Below are positions 13,256 to 26,144 of a stretch of 64,000 bases of DNA, piece by piece (position 1 is the first letter of the stretch; each line of letters starts with the position of its first letter). Made by a program: the position numbers and the translations under genes. Source of the stretch: Chiloscyllium plagiosum (taxonomy: Eukaryota); assembly GCF_004010195.1 (NCBI RefSeq), contig NC_057711.1:79954566-80018565 (forward strand). The letters are read 5' to 3'. Below the pieces are notes generated by a model. That model worked only from the letters and a program-made list of their open reading frames with translations, was not told the origin of the DNA and searched no databases.

Positions 13256-14619
13256 AGTGATCTTCTTTTAAAAAAACGTTTTGAGAATGGTAGTCAATAA
13301 GTTTTGGTGGCAAGTTGACGCAGAATGATGTTTTGATGATAATGGCATTTATTCTTGTAGAATTCAACAGATCATTAATCTTCTTCCTGTACTACTGCAC
13401 ATCAATTGGGACCATTGGTAGAGTACTGATCTAAATGGCAACTTCATGGCTGAATGGATTAATGCAAACTGGAGAAGTGGATGATCATTGAGAATGGAAG
13501 ACTGCTGAGAATTGTTTTGAGAGATGAATCAGGGTTTGATAGATATGAGACAGTGTTTGATTTAGAATATTTCTCTGTAGAGAATCACAGCAATTTGTTC
13601 CCAAGCCCCTCAAATTCTGCTTTCTTCCAAACCTCTACAGTGCTGTATTGCAACCCCATGACATTGCTTATGGATTGTTAAGGATCAGATGCAAAGCTGC
13701 AATGTTTAGCTGCCATTCTGCACTAACAAGATAGCTTCTAAATGGCTCAGAATAATAGTAATAACTATCTGCAAGCTACTGAACTGTAACTACTTCTAAT
13801 TCTTAAGCTCCTAATAAATAACAGATTCTCGTTCCTCTTTCATAAATCCTGAGTTGGTTTCACCCCTGTAGAATGTGCAATACTCTGGTCTCTATTGTTA
13901 GGACTGGCACCAGCAGTGCACATTGGCAGATATGAAAGCAGGAAAACATTAGCTTGGAGAACGAGATGGAAGTGTGCCTGTTTCTCTTAGCTCACAAGCA
14001 GTGCTGTAAAATGAAGGTAGATTTGAGCTTTTCCACCTCACTTTAATATTTAATTAGATAACATGGAAGTGAGTTGGATATCCTTTCCATGGCCCACCTC
14101 CCAAAAGTACATAGGTTTGAGGTGAATACGTTTCAAGTTTGGAATTCACTTTTGAAATTTAACTCACCAGATCCATTTTTGAGGTCTAAACTACCCATGT
14201 TGTATTTTTTATGCAACCTCTACAAAATGTGCCATTCAATTTCCATTCCTATTTATTCACATTACTTACAGTCCCTCCCCCAGCTCTGCAACCCCACCAT
14301 CACTATCAAACCTCTTCTTAAATTTTTGACAGTCAATGGGACATTTCTTGGGCCTACTACTGCTTGAAATTTGTATTTTTCACAAATATGTAGCAGAAAC
14401 CTTACTTTGGTATAGAAATAGAGTTCTTGCTGAACTTCTACCATTTTTGTGGCAGTATGGCTACAATGTGCAAGTCAAATGAATATGTCTGCAACCTTCA
14501 GTTGCTAAGTTTGATAGATATTGCCTGTTGATTGAAAATGAAGGAGAGCATATATTACTTAGAAATTAAGAATCTAAATGAGGATAAGTAGCCAAGGAAG
14601 TTGGGAATACAAATATACA

Positions 14620-15200
14620 AGTTGCTAAAAGATTCTGATCACTAAAACATGACTAAGGTTTACCAAACAGGGTTTTTTTCCTGAGGAATAGAACTAAGAA
14701 GTAGAGAAAATATACCTACCATGTCAAACCTCAGGGAAACCACACTTGGAGTACCCTGTATATTTCTGGTAGCCATTTTATAAAATGGGTATTAGCAAAA
14801 AAGATTGAAATGTGTGATATCTAAACTGCAAGGTTATACTTGTCATGAAGTAGGAATAGGTTGGGTCTGTTTCCTCTTAGGAAGTGAAGGGTGAAGTGTA
14901 GCCTCATACAAATTTTAAATAATAAAAGGTTTTAACTGAGTACTGTTGCTACTTCCACAGAAAAAAAAACAAAACTAGAGATCATCAAGGCAAGGTAGTT
15001 ACCAAGAAATCAAATAGGGTAGGCAGAAGAGACTTCTTTTATGTAGAGAACAAGCAAGTTAAATAGATTTATTTGCATTAAAAGGGAAGCTGGGCATAAA
15101 GGAAACTAGAAAGTTATGGTGCTTGAGTTGTTGAAGATGCACAGGGAAGAGGCTGAAGCAGAACATAAATTTTGGCATACAGATTGTTTGGATTGAATGT
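14620..15200 (+). mobile_element. Highly degenerate CR1 3' fragment
   Basis: cacacttggagtac...tttctggtagcca and ...actagagatcat... motifs of the CR1 ORF2 end. Confidence 0.55.
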
Positions 15201-15589
15201 ATATTCAAAGTAATCCTTTGTAACTTCCAGTTTGACAAGTTTTGTGGTAAATTACCCTTCCTGTTTGAATTTGTTTGAATCTCAGAAACAAAACTGTTTA
15301 CTAGTTTTGCACAATGTGTACCATTTTAAGGCTTTAGCTCACAGCCAATTCCTTTGGAAATTTAGAATAGGTGATACATTGTATCACACAACAGTCGTAG
15401 TTTCATTTCTGTTGCAGGACAAACTGACGCATCTCACCCTCTGATGCACTCACCATGATTGATATAGTCATAATGTAGGCCTAAAGTAGAGTTGAAAAGT
15501 TCCAAAGTTGACTAAATGTTTCTATCTAATCCATCTTCACACATCCCACTTCACCTTATATCACAAGTTTTTCTGATTCCCAAACTGCA

Positions 15590-15893
15590 GGGGGTAAAAA
15601 CATGCAACAGTGAAAGTCTTTTTTCTCGGATGATGATGTCAGCTTGTATGAGGAGGCATAACTGCAAATTGAAGGGTGATAGATTTAAGACAGATTAGAT
15701 TACATTACAGTGTGGAAGTCAGAGGCAGGTTCTTCACTCAGAGAGTGGTAAGGGGAATGCCCTACCTATCCTTGGATATGCACATGGATGATGATGGGAT
15801 AGTGTAGGGGGATGAGCTTAGAATAGTTCACAGGTTGGTGCAACATCGAGGGACGAAGGACCTGTTCTGTGTTGTATTGTTCTATGTTCTATG
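15590..15893 (+). mobile_element. CR1 LINE 3' end with (GTTCTAT)n tail
   Basis: Close to the reverse complement of 46484-46790. Ends tgttctatgttctatg. Confidence 0.88.
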
Positions 15894-16639
15894 TAACTGA
15901 TATATTTGAGGTGTACTTTAAGTTCCAGATTTCAGAATAGCACATTTGTACCACCGCAACAAGAATTTTCAGTGCTTTCAAAATAATCTGTCAATATAAA
16001 AAGATAGCAGAGTAGATGAATGTCCCTTTGCTCCAAATGGAAAATCTCTTCAGTGAAGGTGATTTGTATCAATATTCCTCAACAATAACTTTATTGAACT
16101 TTCAGTTACCAAGTGATCATGGTTTTTTAGCTGTGTGAAACGTCAATGAAATTCTTGCTCCAAATTACAATTGTCCCATGTGGAAAAATCAATTCAGAGG
16201 TTACCACTTTAATTCGACAGATTACGTGCCATAGCAATGATATAAAATATGAAATTATTGTACTTTAGAATCCACTGAGTATAACAAATCTCATTCTACC
16301 ATCAACTAAAGTTGCAGTTATACTGTGTTACTGATTTGAAATTACTAACTGTGGAGTGTGAAATACATCTATTAACATGTGAATTATGTTGTAGGCTGTA
16401 CTGATTGTACATCACAATTGTTTTTCAGGAAAAATGTCAACACAGACATGCTCACATACATGTGCAATGGTTCTGCTTCCCCGGTGTCTGTTTCACAATG
16501 TTTACAGAGATGGTAGGAGCATTTACTTTCTCACATCGAATAACAGTAAGTGTATGAGGGCCTGAGAGGTATAGCAGACAACCTAATTTCCAACTTCCCA
16601 TTATAGCGTGGAATGAAATTCAAATAGTATAAGACAATA

Positions 16640-16750
16640 AAAAAAGAAATGAGAATGTTAAAAATACACAGCAGGTCTGACAATATCTGTGGATAGAACC
16701 AGAGTTAATGTTTCAGGTCAAGTGAAATTTCATCAGAATTGAAGAAAGTT
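16640..16750 (-). mobile_element. PLE terminal-repeat fragment with degenerate hammerhead core
   Basis: Minus strand reads CTGATGA (16736-16730)...tgacct GAAA (16714-16711) cattaactct...acagatattgtcagacctgctg. Confidence 0.65.
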
Positions 16751-16973
16751 AGGAAAGCAGTGCAAGATAATGTTTTGGTGAAATTTCATAGTTCTAATAT
16801 TTAAGCATTCAGGAGTCAGAGTAACGTCCACCTTTCTGAAAAAAAATCATTCTAGGAACGTAAGCATGATAGACTGACATTTGTTATCTATCCCTAACAG
16901 TCCTTGAGAAAGTAGTGGTAAGCTTCCTTATTGAACATCCGCAATCCATCTGATGGAGGTGCTGACTGTACTT

Positions 16974-17044
16974 GTATTGATGGTTCAGTAGTCGAATTCT
17001 TGCCTGCTATGCAGAAGGATTAGGTTTGATTCCTGACCAATACA
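16974..17044 (+). pseudogene. tRNA-Gly(GCC)-derived pseudogene; anticodon now GCT
   Basis: 71-nt ungapped match to the vertebrate tRNA-Gly-GCC as I recall it (GCATTGGTGGTTCAGTGGTAGAATTCTCGCC...), about 17 substitutions. T-loop mutated to GGTTTGA. No CCA follows. Confidence 0.85.
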
Positions 17045-17084
17045 TGGCACTCCTTCCGTTCTTGCCATGCTCTTTCTTTGGGAT

Positions 17085-17228
17085 CCTCTTGTGAAGGAGT
17101 GGTAGTGTGGTAAACCCCTGAACTGAGATAATCAGGTTCAAGTCCCACCTACTCCAGAAGTGTGTTGTAACAATCTGAACAGGTTGATTAGAAAAATAGG
17201 TTACATAAAAAAAACCCAAAAAAAACTA
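17085..17228 (+). mobile_element. Short tRNA-derived SINE with A-rich tail
   Basis: caggttcaagtcccacctactccaga is shared with 9512-9632. Confidence 0.7.
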
Positions 17229-20200
17229 AAGTGCTGTTATGTGGGAGTTCCAAGGCTTTGACCCCAGAGACAATGAAAGAATACAACAATACTTCCTTGT
17301 TCAGATAGTGTGTGATGTGGGAGGGAACTTGTAAATGGTCCCCATGAATCAAGTGCTTATTGTCCTTTATGTGCTAGAAGTTATGACTTTGAATGTTCCC
17401 TTGAATGACCCTTGGCTAGTCAAGTTTCTGATCAATGTTAAATACTAGGATTTCATTGGTTGTCAATGGTGATCCCATTGAACTTCAAAAAAGACAGTTA
17501 GATACTTTGTTCTTAGAGATGGTTATTGCCTGGCATTTGCAAATGCTACTTGTCAGTTATCAGTCCAAGCCTAAATATTGTCCTTGTTTTGTTGCACATG
17601 GATATGAACTGCTTCAGTATCAGATGATGTACTGAAAACTATACCATCATCAACAAACGTCCTAACTTCTGAACTTACAGTGGAGAAAAAGTCATTGATA
17701 AGGCAGTGAAGATGATTTGGGACTATATACTTCAAATTACACTGCAAATCACTGAATTAAAAATAAGATGTCAGTACCCTCCAATGATACTGATACCGAA
17801 CTAGAATTACATATTGTATTAATGAGAGTGAAGCTCTAAATAAAAGCTTGGGGAAATGATACTCTAATTCCTTGTCCTATAAAATATACAAATGTTATCC
17901 AGTTTTAAATGGGTTTCTTCTCTTAAAAATGTTATAATGCCTCCTGTACATAAGCACTGATGTTTAAAGAAATGCCAGGGCATACGTTGTCAATCAGGGA
18001 ACGTACCTTTTCAAGGCAACTGCTCTTAAATTCTAATCTAAGAGTAAATCATATGAACTTATGTCTCAACCTTTCTATGGCATTGTTGACAATAGAGAAA
18101 TGTGCATCAAATTTATAACAACAATATAAATAATCTGTCATAAACTATGAAACAATTTTCCATTATTTTTGGAATTGTTTATGAAAGTGTCATGAAGACA
18201 TCTTTCCTTTAGGATTTATGCTTTCTTTGGACTTGATATCACTTCACAATCATTTTCTGTGAGACAAAAATCTCAAACAGCTATTCCTGATGGAAAATAA
18301 ATTATTTTTATTGGCAGTTATTAAATTGGGTTATAGCTTTAAAAGAACAAAAAAAGTTGCATTTTTCTGAACTTGTATCCTTCTGTGAACAATCTTCCGT
18401 GCTGTATTTCTTCTGGTGTAGATTTCAGTAATCACAAGATTGACTATAATATCTTACAGTAAATGAGAAAATATGCAGTTTCATAATGGATGCTTATTTC
18501 TCATTGGCTTCCTTGAGATTTTACAAAACTGAATACACTTATAATCAACCCACAACATAAGTTGTTATTCAGGAAATTTATAGTGCATGCGAAGGTTGAA
18601 TGATTCAGTTTGATGTATTAGTAATTTGAAATGTTCTAAAGTTACAGGAAGTTTTATATAAATCTTAAGTATTTCTCTGTGCTTTCTTCATTATATAAAA
18701 TGCCCAGAATCTGAGTAACAGACAATGAGTGTGGGTCGCTACCAACACTAACTGCTAAACCATAAGTTAGAGTCTTAAAATTGCTTTCATCAGTTTTCAG
18801 GCTCATTTAATACTTTTATGGGAAGTGTGTTCCCATTACACTTTAAAGCAAAATCAAAATTGTTGAAGAATTGTTGAATGGTTTGGTAACAACCACACCA
18901 GTAGCATATAAATTGCACTTCCTCAAAAAGTAAACTGACCATTGCAAGCACTATTAGAGAAGTCTGGACTCATTGCATATATATTGGAAACTTCACATGT
19001 GCTCTTCATAAAAATGCTTTGTTGGAACCTTTATTTTGGCTTTCACCCCTGGGCTAGTAATCTGTCAGAGCAGATTATCCTTCCATTATGGAAGGTTCCT
19101 GACTTTGATTAAATTGATTTCAGTCAAAATGAACATCTGACATATTTTATAATAGAACAATTGAACCAGCAGACTCCAGTTCAATCAGTGATGATAGAAT
19201 CTATTGTAAATATAAGACTGCAAAGACAACATTTGCAATGCCTGAAATTTCATTCTGAGAAAAACATTTTGAAAGCTGTCTGATAAGGTTTTATAACTTT
19301 AAATTATATAAAAAAAGCTTTATCATACAATAATCAAGTCTATTGCAGTAGATTTTTACTATAGCTCAAAATAATTACTGAATAAAATGGAGACAAACCA
19401 TGCAACACAATTTATGGTCAGATAATGCTATGACCGAAAGCTTATAATGTTACTTGATCCTAAATTGGGAAGATCTTGTCCTACCAGGGATAAATTATTC
19501 CACACATCAATTGTTATTTTGTGTTACTGCCACTTAATGGAAAGGTTCATGGAAACTGCTCTGATATTTTGAGTATTTTCTTCCGTATGTTGAAATCAGC
19601 TAGAAGTTCTAATCTTCTAAGATATTTCAGATGGAGTAAAATTTTACAATCCACCCCTGCTGAAAGGATAAGGAGCTGGATTGTAAAATTGAATGCCATA
19701 GTGATGACATTGGGCCTGTTGCCTATCTGCTTCTGACATTTTACCCATGATAGGAGACCTTAAAGTTCCCTTTCTGCTGCCACAGCGATTTCATCCACTG
19801 TGGGAGCTGTCTACACCACGTTGTGAGATTGTCTAATAAAACCTAGCTGCTTATTTGAGGGCTGATGGTGAATTTATCACCCCCCCCCACCCCCGCCCTG
19901 GTTAACCACCCTGTTCTCAAAGGAGAGCTCACCAAATTGAACATTTTTGTTCTGCCCTGCAGAGTTGGAATGGGACTCTGAGTCCAATGTCTCCATTTAA
20001 CATTCCAGCGACAGAATCATTTTCTTGCTGTGAGAATTGTAAGGAAAATTGATCTATTGTTGCGTCTCACATCAGGGAAATTCTTTAATGTTTCTCCTGA
20101 TTGCAAAGGCCTCAGGAGAGTTAATTGATGCAACCAGAATAGTTGGAGTGTGCTGCTGGTGGTTGATGATGAAAAAGATTGAAAGTGATTGACTCTGTTG

Positions 20201-22710
20201 ATTTGAACACATTGGAGTAGAAACTGGTAAGTGCTGTGCCTGTTTCTCCAAGTGCACTGTATATTGAACTTAGCAGTGAGATGGCCACCATTCAAAGTAA
20301 ATTAAGTTTCGGTCACATAGCTTTTCATATACTTCTCAGATGGATGTCTGCCCCACTCAGGCTTGTTTAATCACTCTGTGGTCCCAACTCCAGGTAAATT
20401 TAACAAATACTTGTGCTACACTGTAATCCTAAGGAGCCAGGAGAAGTAACAGTCACGATGGAGTCTGCCCATTCCAAAGCTTTCCCCTCAAACCATTGAT
20501 ATCTTCACTTGTGAAGGTATGACCATTGCAAACTCTCACTGAGCATACTGATGAGGCCAGCTTCCTCCTTCCATTCAATTCTCAGTTTACTGATTTAAAA
20601 TGCACAAAAGTGGACTTGGACTAATTTCGAGGCCAACGTCTTAATGCATCGCTGTTCTTCCTTTGCTGTGTGTTAGGATGTTCAATTTCAGCCTGCATAA
20701 TATAAACAGCCTTAGGGCCAGCACAACAAATGCAGCATAGAGCAGAAAAAAAAATCACAAATTAATGTTGTACATTTCCACATTAATGTGTTGGAATCAA
20801 ATTTGAATACATTTTGCATTTTAATGATCCAGAGTGTAAATAAATCAGGCATGCTTAAGGAACATTTTGTTTGTGGAAAATGGTTCATGACTCAAATATT
20901 AATGGAAGCAATATTCCTTCATAATTGAAATGAGCATAAAGGATATGGTGCATTATTTAAGCTGTTAGTGTTAATGAAGTAGACCCCATTAGCCACAAGT
21001 TAATATCTTTCCATAGCTTTGGATTTGTCTAGACAAATGTAATTGTGCAATTTTTTTAAAATGGTCTTAAAACCAGGGTGCAAACAAATTTCTTCTCCTG
21101 ATAGTATCCCAAAGGAATATTGCCCTTCATAGCTCATTGTCAACATTTCAGGCTGGAGGTGACATCATTGGTGGTGTGGCATGTCTTTGTGCATGTAATA
21201 TCTTTGCATTTCACACATCGAAACACACAGACCTTGCTGAGCGCTGACTATGTAAATGTTGTAAATGTGCAAGATCTTAATGATGTCAGAGCCAAAGGCC
21301 TTCTGTCTCCAAGGATTCAGTCAGCAAGTCTCTTGAGATAAAAGAACAACCTTCGTTCCCAGTCTAATTACTGACAGTAAGTGTGAAGAAGGTTATAATT
21401 AATCAATTGATGAAAAAGGTTATAACAATAATATATGACTGTTGTTCTCCACGGAATGTAAAATGTAAAACTAATTAATCAAAAGCTATAATTAAATAGC
21501 ATTCTGCATCCAAGTTATTTTAGAATACTTTATTTGCTGAGTCTCGGATAAACATTGATGTAAATAGAACTATTCCACAGGTTGTTTATCTGAGGTTGTT
21601 TTCTGCATTCAGATATTTGTGCATGCTGATGAGACCAAGGTGCAAACTCCGAATGAGTACACAGATTACTGTGCCCTAGGAGAAGACTGCACTGATGGAT
21701 GGGGAATTCAATATCTATCAATTAGTGCAGTGAATTTCTGTAATAATGTTGAACTTGACATTGTCTGCTAAAGTGTTCCATTATTCTTCTGACCAGCAGC
21801 AGATCTTAGGTTGGATGGGACTGTATTCTCAAAGTCTCGCTAAGCAAATAAAGAGGCTTTGACATTTCTTTGTCTTTTCGTGAAACCATTTTCCCGATAA
21901 TGACAAAATCCGATGCTATACAACATTTACATTTTGACATTTCATTGATGATTTATGAATGGTCAATATTCAATAATCAATATTCATAATACAACCTGAA
22001 TTTTTTGGTTTGAATTATATTCAATACATTTGACTGTAGCTGCATTCCTCATTTGAAAGGTTATCAACTCTTTCTTGCATTTTTACAGGTTAATTGTTTG
22101 CATTTATCATTTATATGCATAAGATTCGTTGTGTACTTTATTCATGACTTTTTAATCTGTTTAAGAGGACCATAAGATATTGTAACTTTTTTCAGAGGTA
22201 ATGATAATGCATCTTTCATTCTTATTGTTATTTATTTTGTGTTTATTATAATTAGCATTTTATTCTGTGTGCCTGGGAAGGCTGTTCATATGTATTTCAT
22301 TCCCATTATAAATCTTTCACTATCTCTATTATAAGGCTGTCAAACCTTGGCTTCCAGCAATCTTTTTCTTGTTATGGTATATTTTAGTACTTCTAATACT
22401 GCATCTAACTTTTGCAACATGCACAACGTTTGACTCCTACAGGGTATGTTATAATGAGATGGGATGTATTATCAAAGTAACTGAATAACATATATGTTTT
22501 CACATTGTGACTCCTCATACTGCAGAGAGAAACAGAAAATGGAAAATGCATCAAAACTTTCCCCTTGATGTAAGTCCACATTTTTAATTTAACATTAGTA
22601 GATCTCTCAGGCTTTGTTCCCAATGATTTAGAGGTTATGCTGCTTTATACGAAATGGATGATTCTGCCATGTGACACGCAATGCATTGTTGATTACTATA
22701 CTGACAGAGT

Positions 22711-25050
22711 GGGGCTGAATTTTACCAAAAAATCAACATAAGGGTCAATTTCAGGGAGTTTGCTGAAGTTTTTCTGTCAGTGAGCTCTAGTGAGTTAGCT
22801 TACAGTTCTCCGCTGCTCACTTAATTAAATACGCACCACACCGCCAACAAAATGCTCATCAGTGATGGGACCTTTTGGCGTTTGTACTGGGTATGCCAGA
22901 TTTAAATCTCAGCTGAGTACTGTCTCAAACACTGGCAGGTAGACACCCAGATCAGTGTAGTGTCCATGGTCTAGAGGAACATGCAGCAATGCTGGAAGAT
23001 GATTAATGACCTTCTGAAATCCATAAGGGAAGGGGCCACTATCTTCTCTCTGCTACCTCATGTAACCATGCAACTGCAACCCTGACTTCCCAGCAAAGCT
23101 CATGGTTTCCCAAGATGAATGCAGTACCTTCCTGTTGTGGATCTCAACCATTCAAACCCCAAAATACAAACTCTCCGTCCTGTCTGTGCATGGAGGTGAG
23201 GTCTGGCAAGTTTTCTTGCACTATGTTCGAACAAAACAACCTACAGTGCCCTGCACATTGCAGCTCTCCAAACTCCACAGGCGGAACTACACCACACTGC
23301 TGGCATCACCCAGGATTCCTGGGTTCGGCACCAGCTTTAAAACCTAACAGTATAAAGTGCTGTCACTTTGGAGCTGCTCTGTTTAGTTACAGTCAATTTC
23401 CCCAGACAATGTTGGACAAAGAGATATTGGTACTCACTCTGGCTGACAGTTATGGTGGATGATAGATTATGGTGAGTGGCACGTCTTCTCTCCTCAGGAC
23501 TAGCAGAGGGGACCATGCCACCAGATGCTGCCAGCCTGGTCTGAGGTCACCACCCAGCTCACTGCTGTTTCCATGGAACAGAGGAATGCCCAGTAATGCA
23601 GAAAGAAGGTTGATGAACTTATCCAATCCATTAGGAAAGTGATAGCATTGTTTTTCTGCTCACTCCCATGGTTTCTCTGTCTTCTGCACCCATCTCCCAC
23701 CAAAGTCCTGGCCCTACCACTCTCACTATCTCAGAGAATGTCTTCCCTCACTCATTCTCACCCACCAAATCCTCCCTGCACAACCTCTGGGCTGCCTATC
23801 CCCTCACCCGGAACACCTCACCTTTTTCCCCCACTGGAACCAGCACTAACAACTCTGCCAACTACTTTCATCTCACTAAATCCCTCCCTTTGTCTCTTTC
23901 CAGGACATAATAGCCCACAATAGGACAGAAAGAGGTGGTGGGGTGCCTGACATTCACCTCCTTGCCCCCTAGGAGGAGAGGATTCTGATCCTGGCCCTGA
24001 CCACACTAAATGTCTGACTGACCATGTTCTAGGCCCTGGACTGATACTGGAGGCTGCCTGTAAATTACTGTGCCAGGTCCTGCTGACTAAGAAGTACTGT
24101 CTTTAAACTTTGAAACACGACCATTTGCTTGAGGGACATACAAGGTTAGCACATGGTGCTGATGTGAGATTGATATAGCACAGCGCTGGAAAGGAACACT
24201 TCCTGCCTCATGACCGATGGCTGTTGACAATGGTGACAAGCCGCCTGGCTTTGTCTCTTTGTTGAAATACTAGAAGTACTGTGAACCTAGAAGTTCTGGT
24301 TGAAGAGCACAAAAAGGCAAAGCAAAATAAGGAATAGATTCAGTGTGCATCCAGGTAGGCCCAGAGTGAGTAAATGTGAAGAGAAGAAGCGCAGAGCTCT
24401 GAGATGCACCCAGGATAGTTCTATGAGTGGAGTCAAAGCACAGCAGATCAGGTAGCATCTGATGAGCAGGACAGTCGATGTTTCAGGCAAAAGCTCTTCA
24501 TCAGAAATCCTTTTTCCTTGCTCAAAATGTGTCCTGACAGCAGCATTGCAACGAAAGGTCTTAGTATGCACCAAAATGTTTTGTTAAAGGGCAGAACTGT
24601 ATTGAGTGTGGATCAGAGATGAGAGCATATGGCGCAGCTACTATGAGTTCAATGCCAACATCTGTGGACAGGTCTGTGGATGATCACTGCTCATAGCTTA
24701 TGCCCTGAGATGTTGGTGAGTGGTTTCCAAATGGACAGCTGAAGGAGCAAGTGGCAAGCTGAAGGTTACTACTCTGACATTCAAGATGGGAACTTTTGCC
24801 ATTATAAGCAAATGGAAAACTGTATGTAGATGAGGTGGGATTAACTAATTGTAAGACATTAATACATGCTAATGCCTGCAAATAGGTCTGCTGCACTCGC
24901 TAGAAAGCATCTTGTCTCTCGATTCAACACTTGTTGGAAAATAGGACTTATTGCTCCCAATGTAGAAAAATGGCTCATCACCAATCTCATGTGATTTTCC
25001 TAATTTTTCTGCCAATGCCCACACCCTTCAGTCCTGGGAAGATTCCACTT
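22711..25050 (+). mobile_element. Harbinger-like DNA transposon remnant with two Myb/SANT-like fragments
   Basis: Begins ggggctgaatttt (putative TIR; possible partner aagattccact near 25040). About 22933-23028 reads WQVDTQISVVSMV*RNMQQCWKMINDLLKSIR. About 23485-23637 reads FSPQD*QRGPCHQMLPAWSEVTTQLTAVSMEQRNAQ*CRKKVDELIQSIRK. Confidence 0.7.
24417..24508 (-). mobile_element. PLE terminal-repeat mini-insertion with hammerhead-like core, nested in the Harbinger-like element
   Basis: Minus strand reads CTGATGA (24504-24498) agagcttttgcct GAAA (24484-24481) catcgac...gatgctacctgatctgctgtgcttt. Absent from the homologous host segment at about 10700-10760. Confidence 0.8.
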
Positions 25051-26144
25051 CAAAAGTTAAAAATAGAAAGAAAATTAAGAACCTATTAAAAAAAAACTTT
25101 AAAATGTGATCAAAAATGCGAAGAATGATTTTGTATCACATGTAATGGCAGCCTGCAGTTCAAAACAGGAATGGTTTCAATGATCCTTAAAAGACCAATG
25201 AGAAAATTACATGAGAAAGAGAAAGGACATATGAAAGGTATAATGTGACCACTTATTCACTAATAATGAGCTTGCATGCAGAGTAGCTATATCAGATTTA
25301 GAAATATCTAGGAGAATTCTGCAGATACTACTAACCTAAGCTTCAACTCTCTCAAACAGACATAGGCTTCCAAATAAAAAAGCATTTATGGTACATTTCA
25401 TTAAATATTACAAGGTTTTGGGACTAATTTGCTCAGTGTTTCTATTACCGGTAGGAAGCCTTGCACTCTGACTGCACAGATGACGAAATTTGGAGTACAA
25501 TATCCTCGATTATTCATCATTAAAATTAATGGATATGAAGCCATGAGCAGTGTGCTACAGTTTCCAGTTTTGCATGGCTGCCAGGCAAGACTCCCCACTG
25601 GCATTATAAGCTCAGAAAATTGCTTTGTATAAGTAAATTTATTGGTGACATGGATTTTTGTTTTTTTTAATGTGCTGCCTGTCTTAAAGTCATTAATTTC
25701 TGTACTCAGTTTTCAGTTTGCTGGGAGACAGACAATGGTTCTGAACTATTTAGAATGATTGGATTCTTTTCCGTTTCTAGCTATTTGCTATATATAGCTA
25801 CTTACTGCTGATTTTTGACTGGAAACTGTTTGAAATTATTGTTGGAATATTCTTCATTTTCAATTTCTATGTGCTGATTGGTTTATTTTGTAACTGCTTA
25901 GCTGCAACTTGTCACTGTTTTATGAATACAAAATCTCACCCCATTAAGTACAAGCTATGTGTTGTACGTTATACAATATAATTGAACACAAAGTTGAATT
26001 TTGATACCAAAGTGTGAGAGAGAAAGTGCTGGGCCAATGTCCCCTAAATTGACTGAATTCACCGCAAGGTTTCATACCAGTAATAGAAAAGCTGAGAGAA
26101 TTACTCCCAGAAACTTGAATTATTTTATGAAATGTGTCATAAAT

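Larger units (their letters stand above)
16865..17735 (-). mobile_element. Degenerate CR1-group LINE 3' part (same family as 26145-27320), interrupted at about 16970-17228
   Basis: Reverse-complement similarity to 26450-27320 on both sides of the insertion. Confidence 0.65.
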
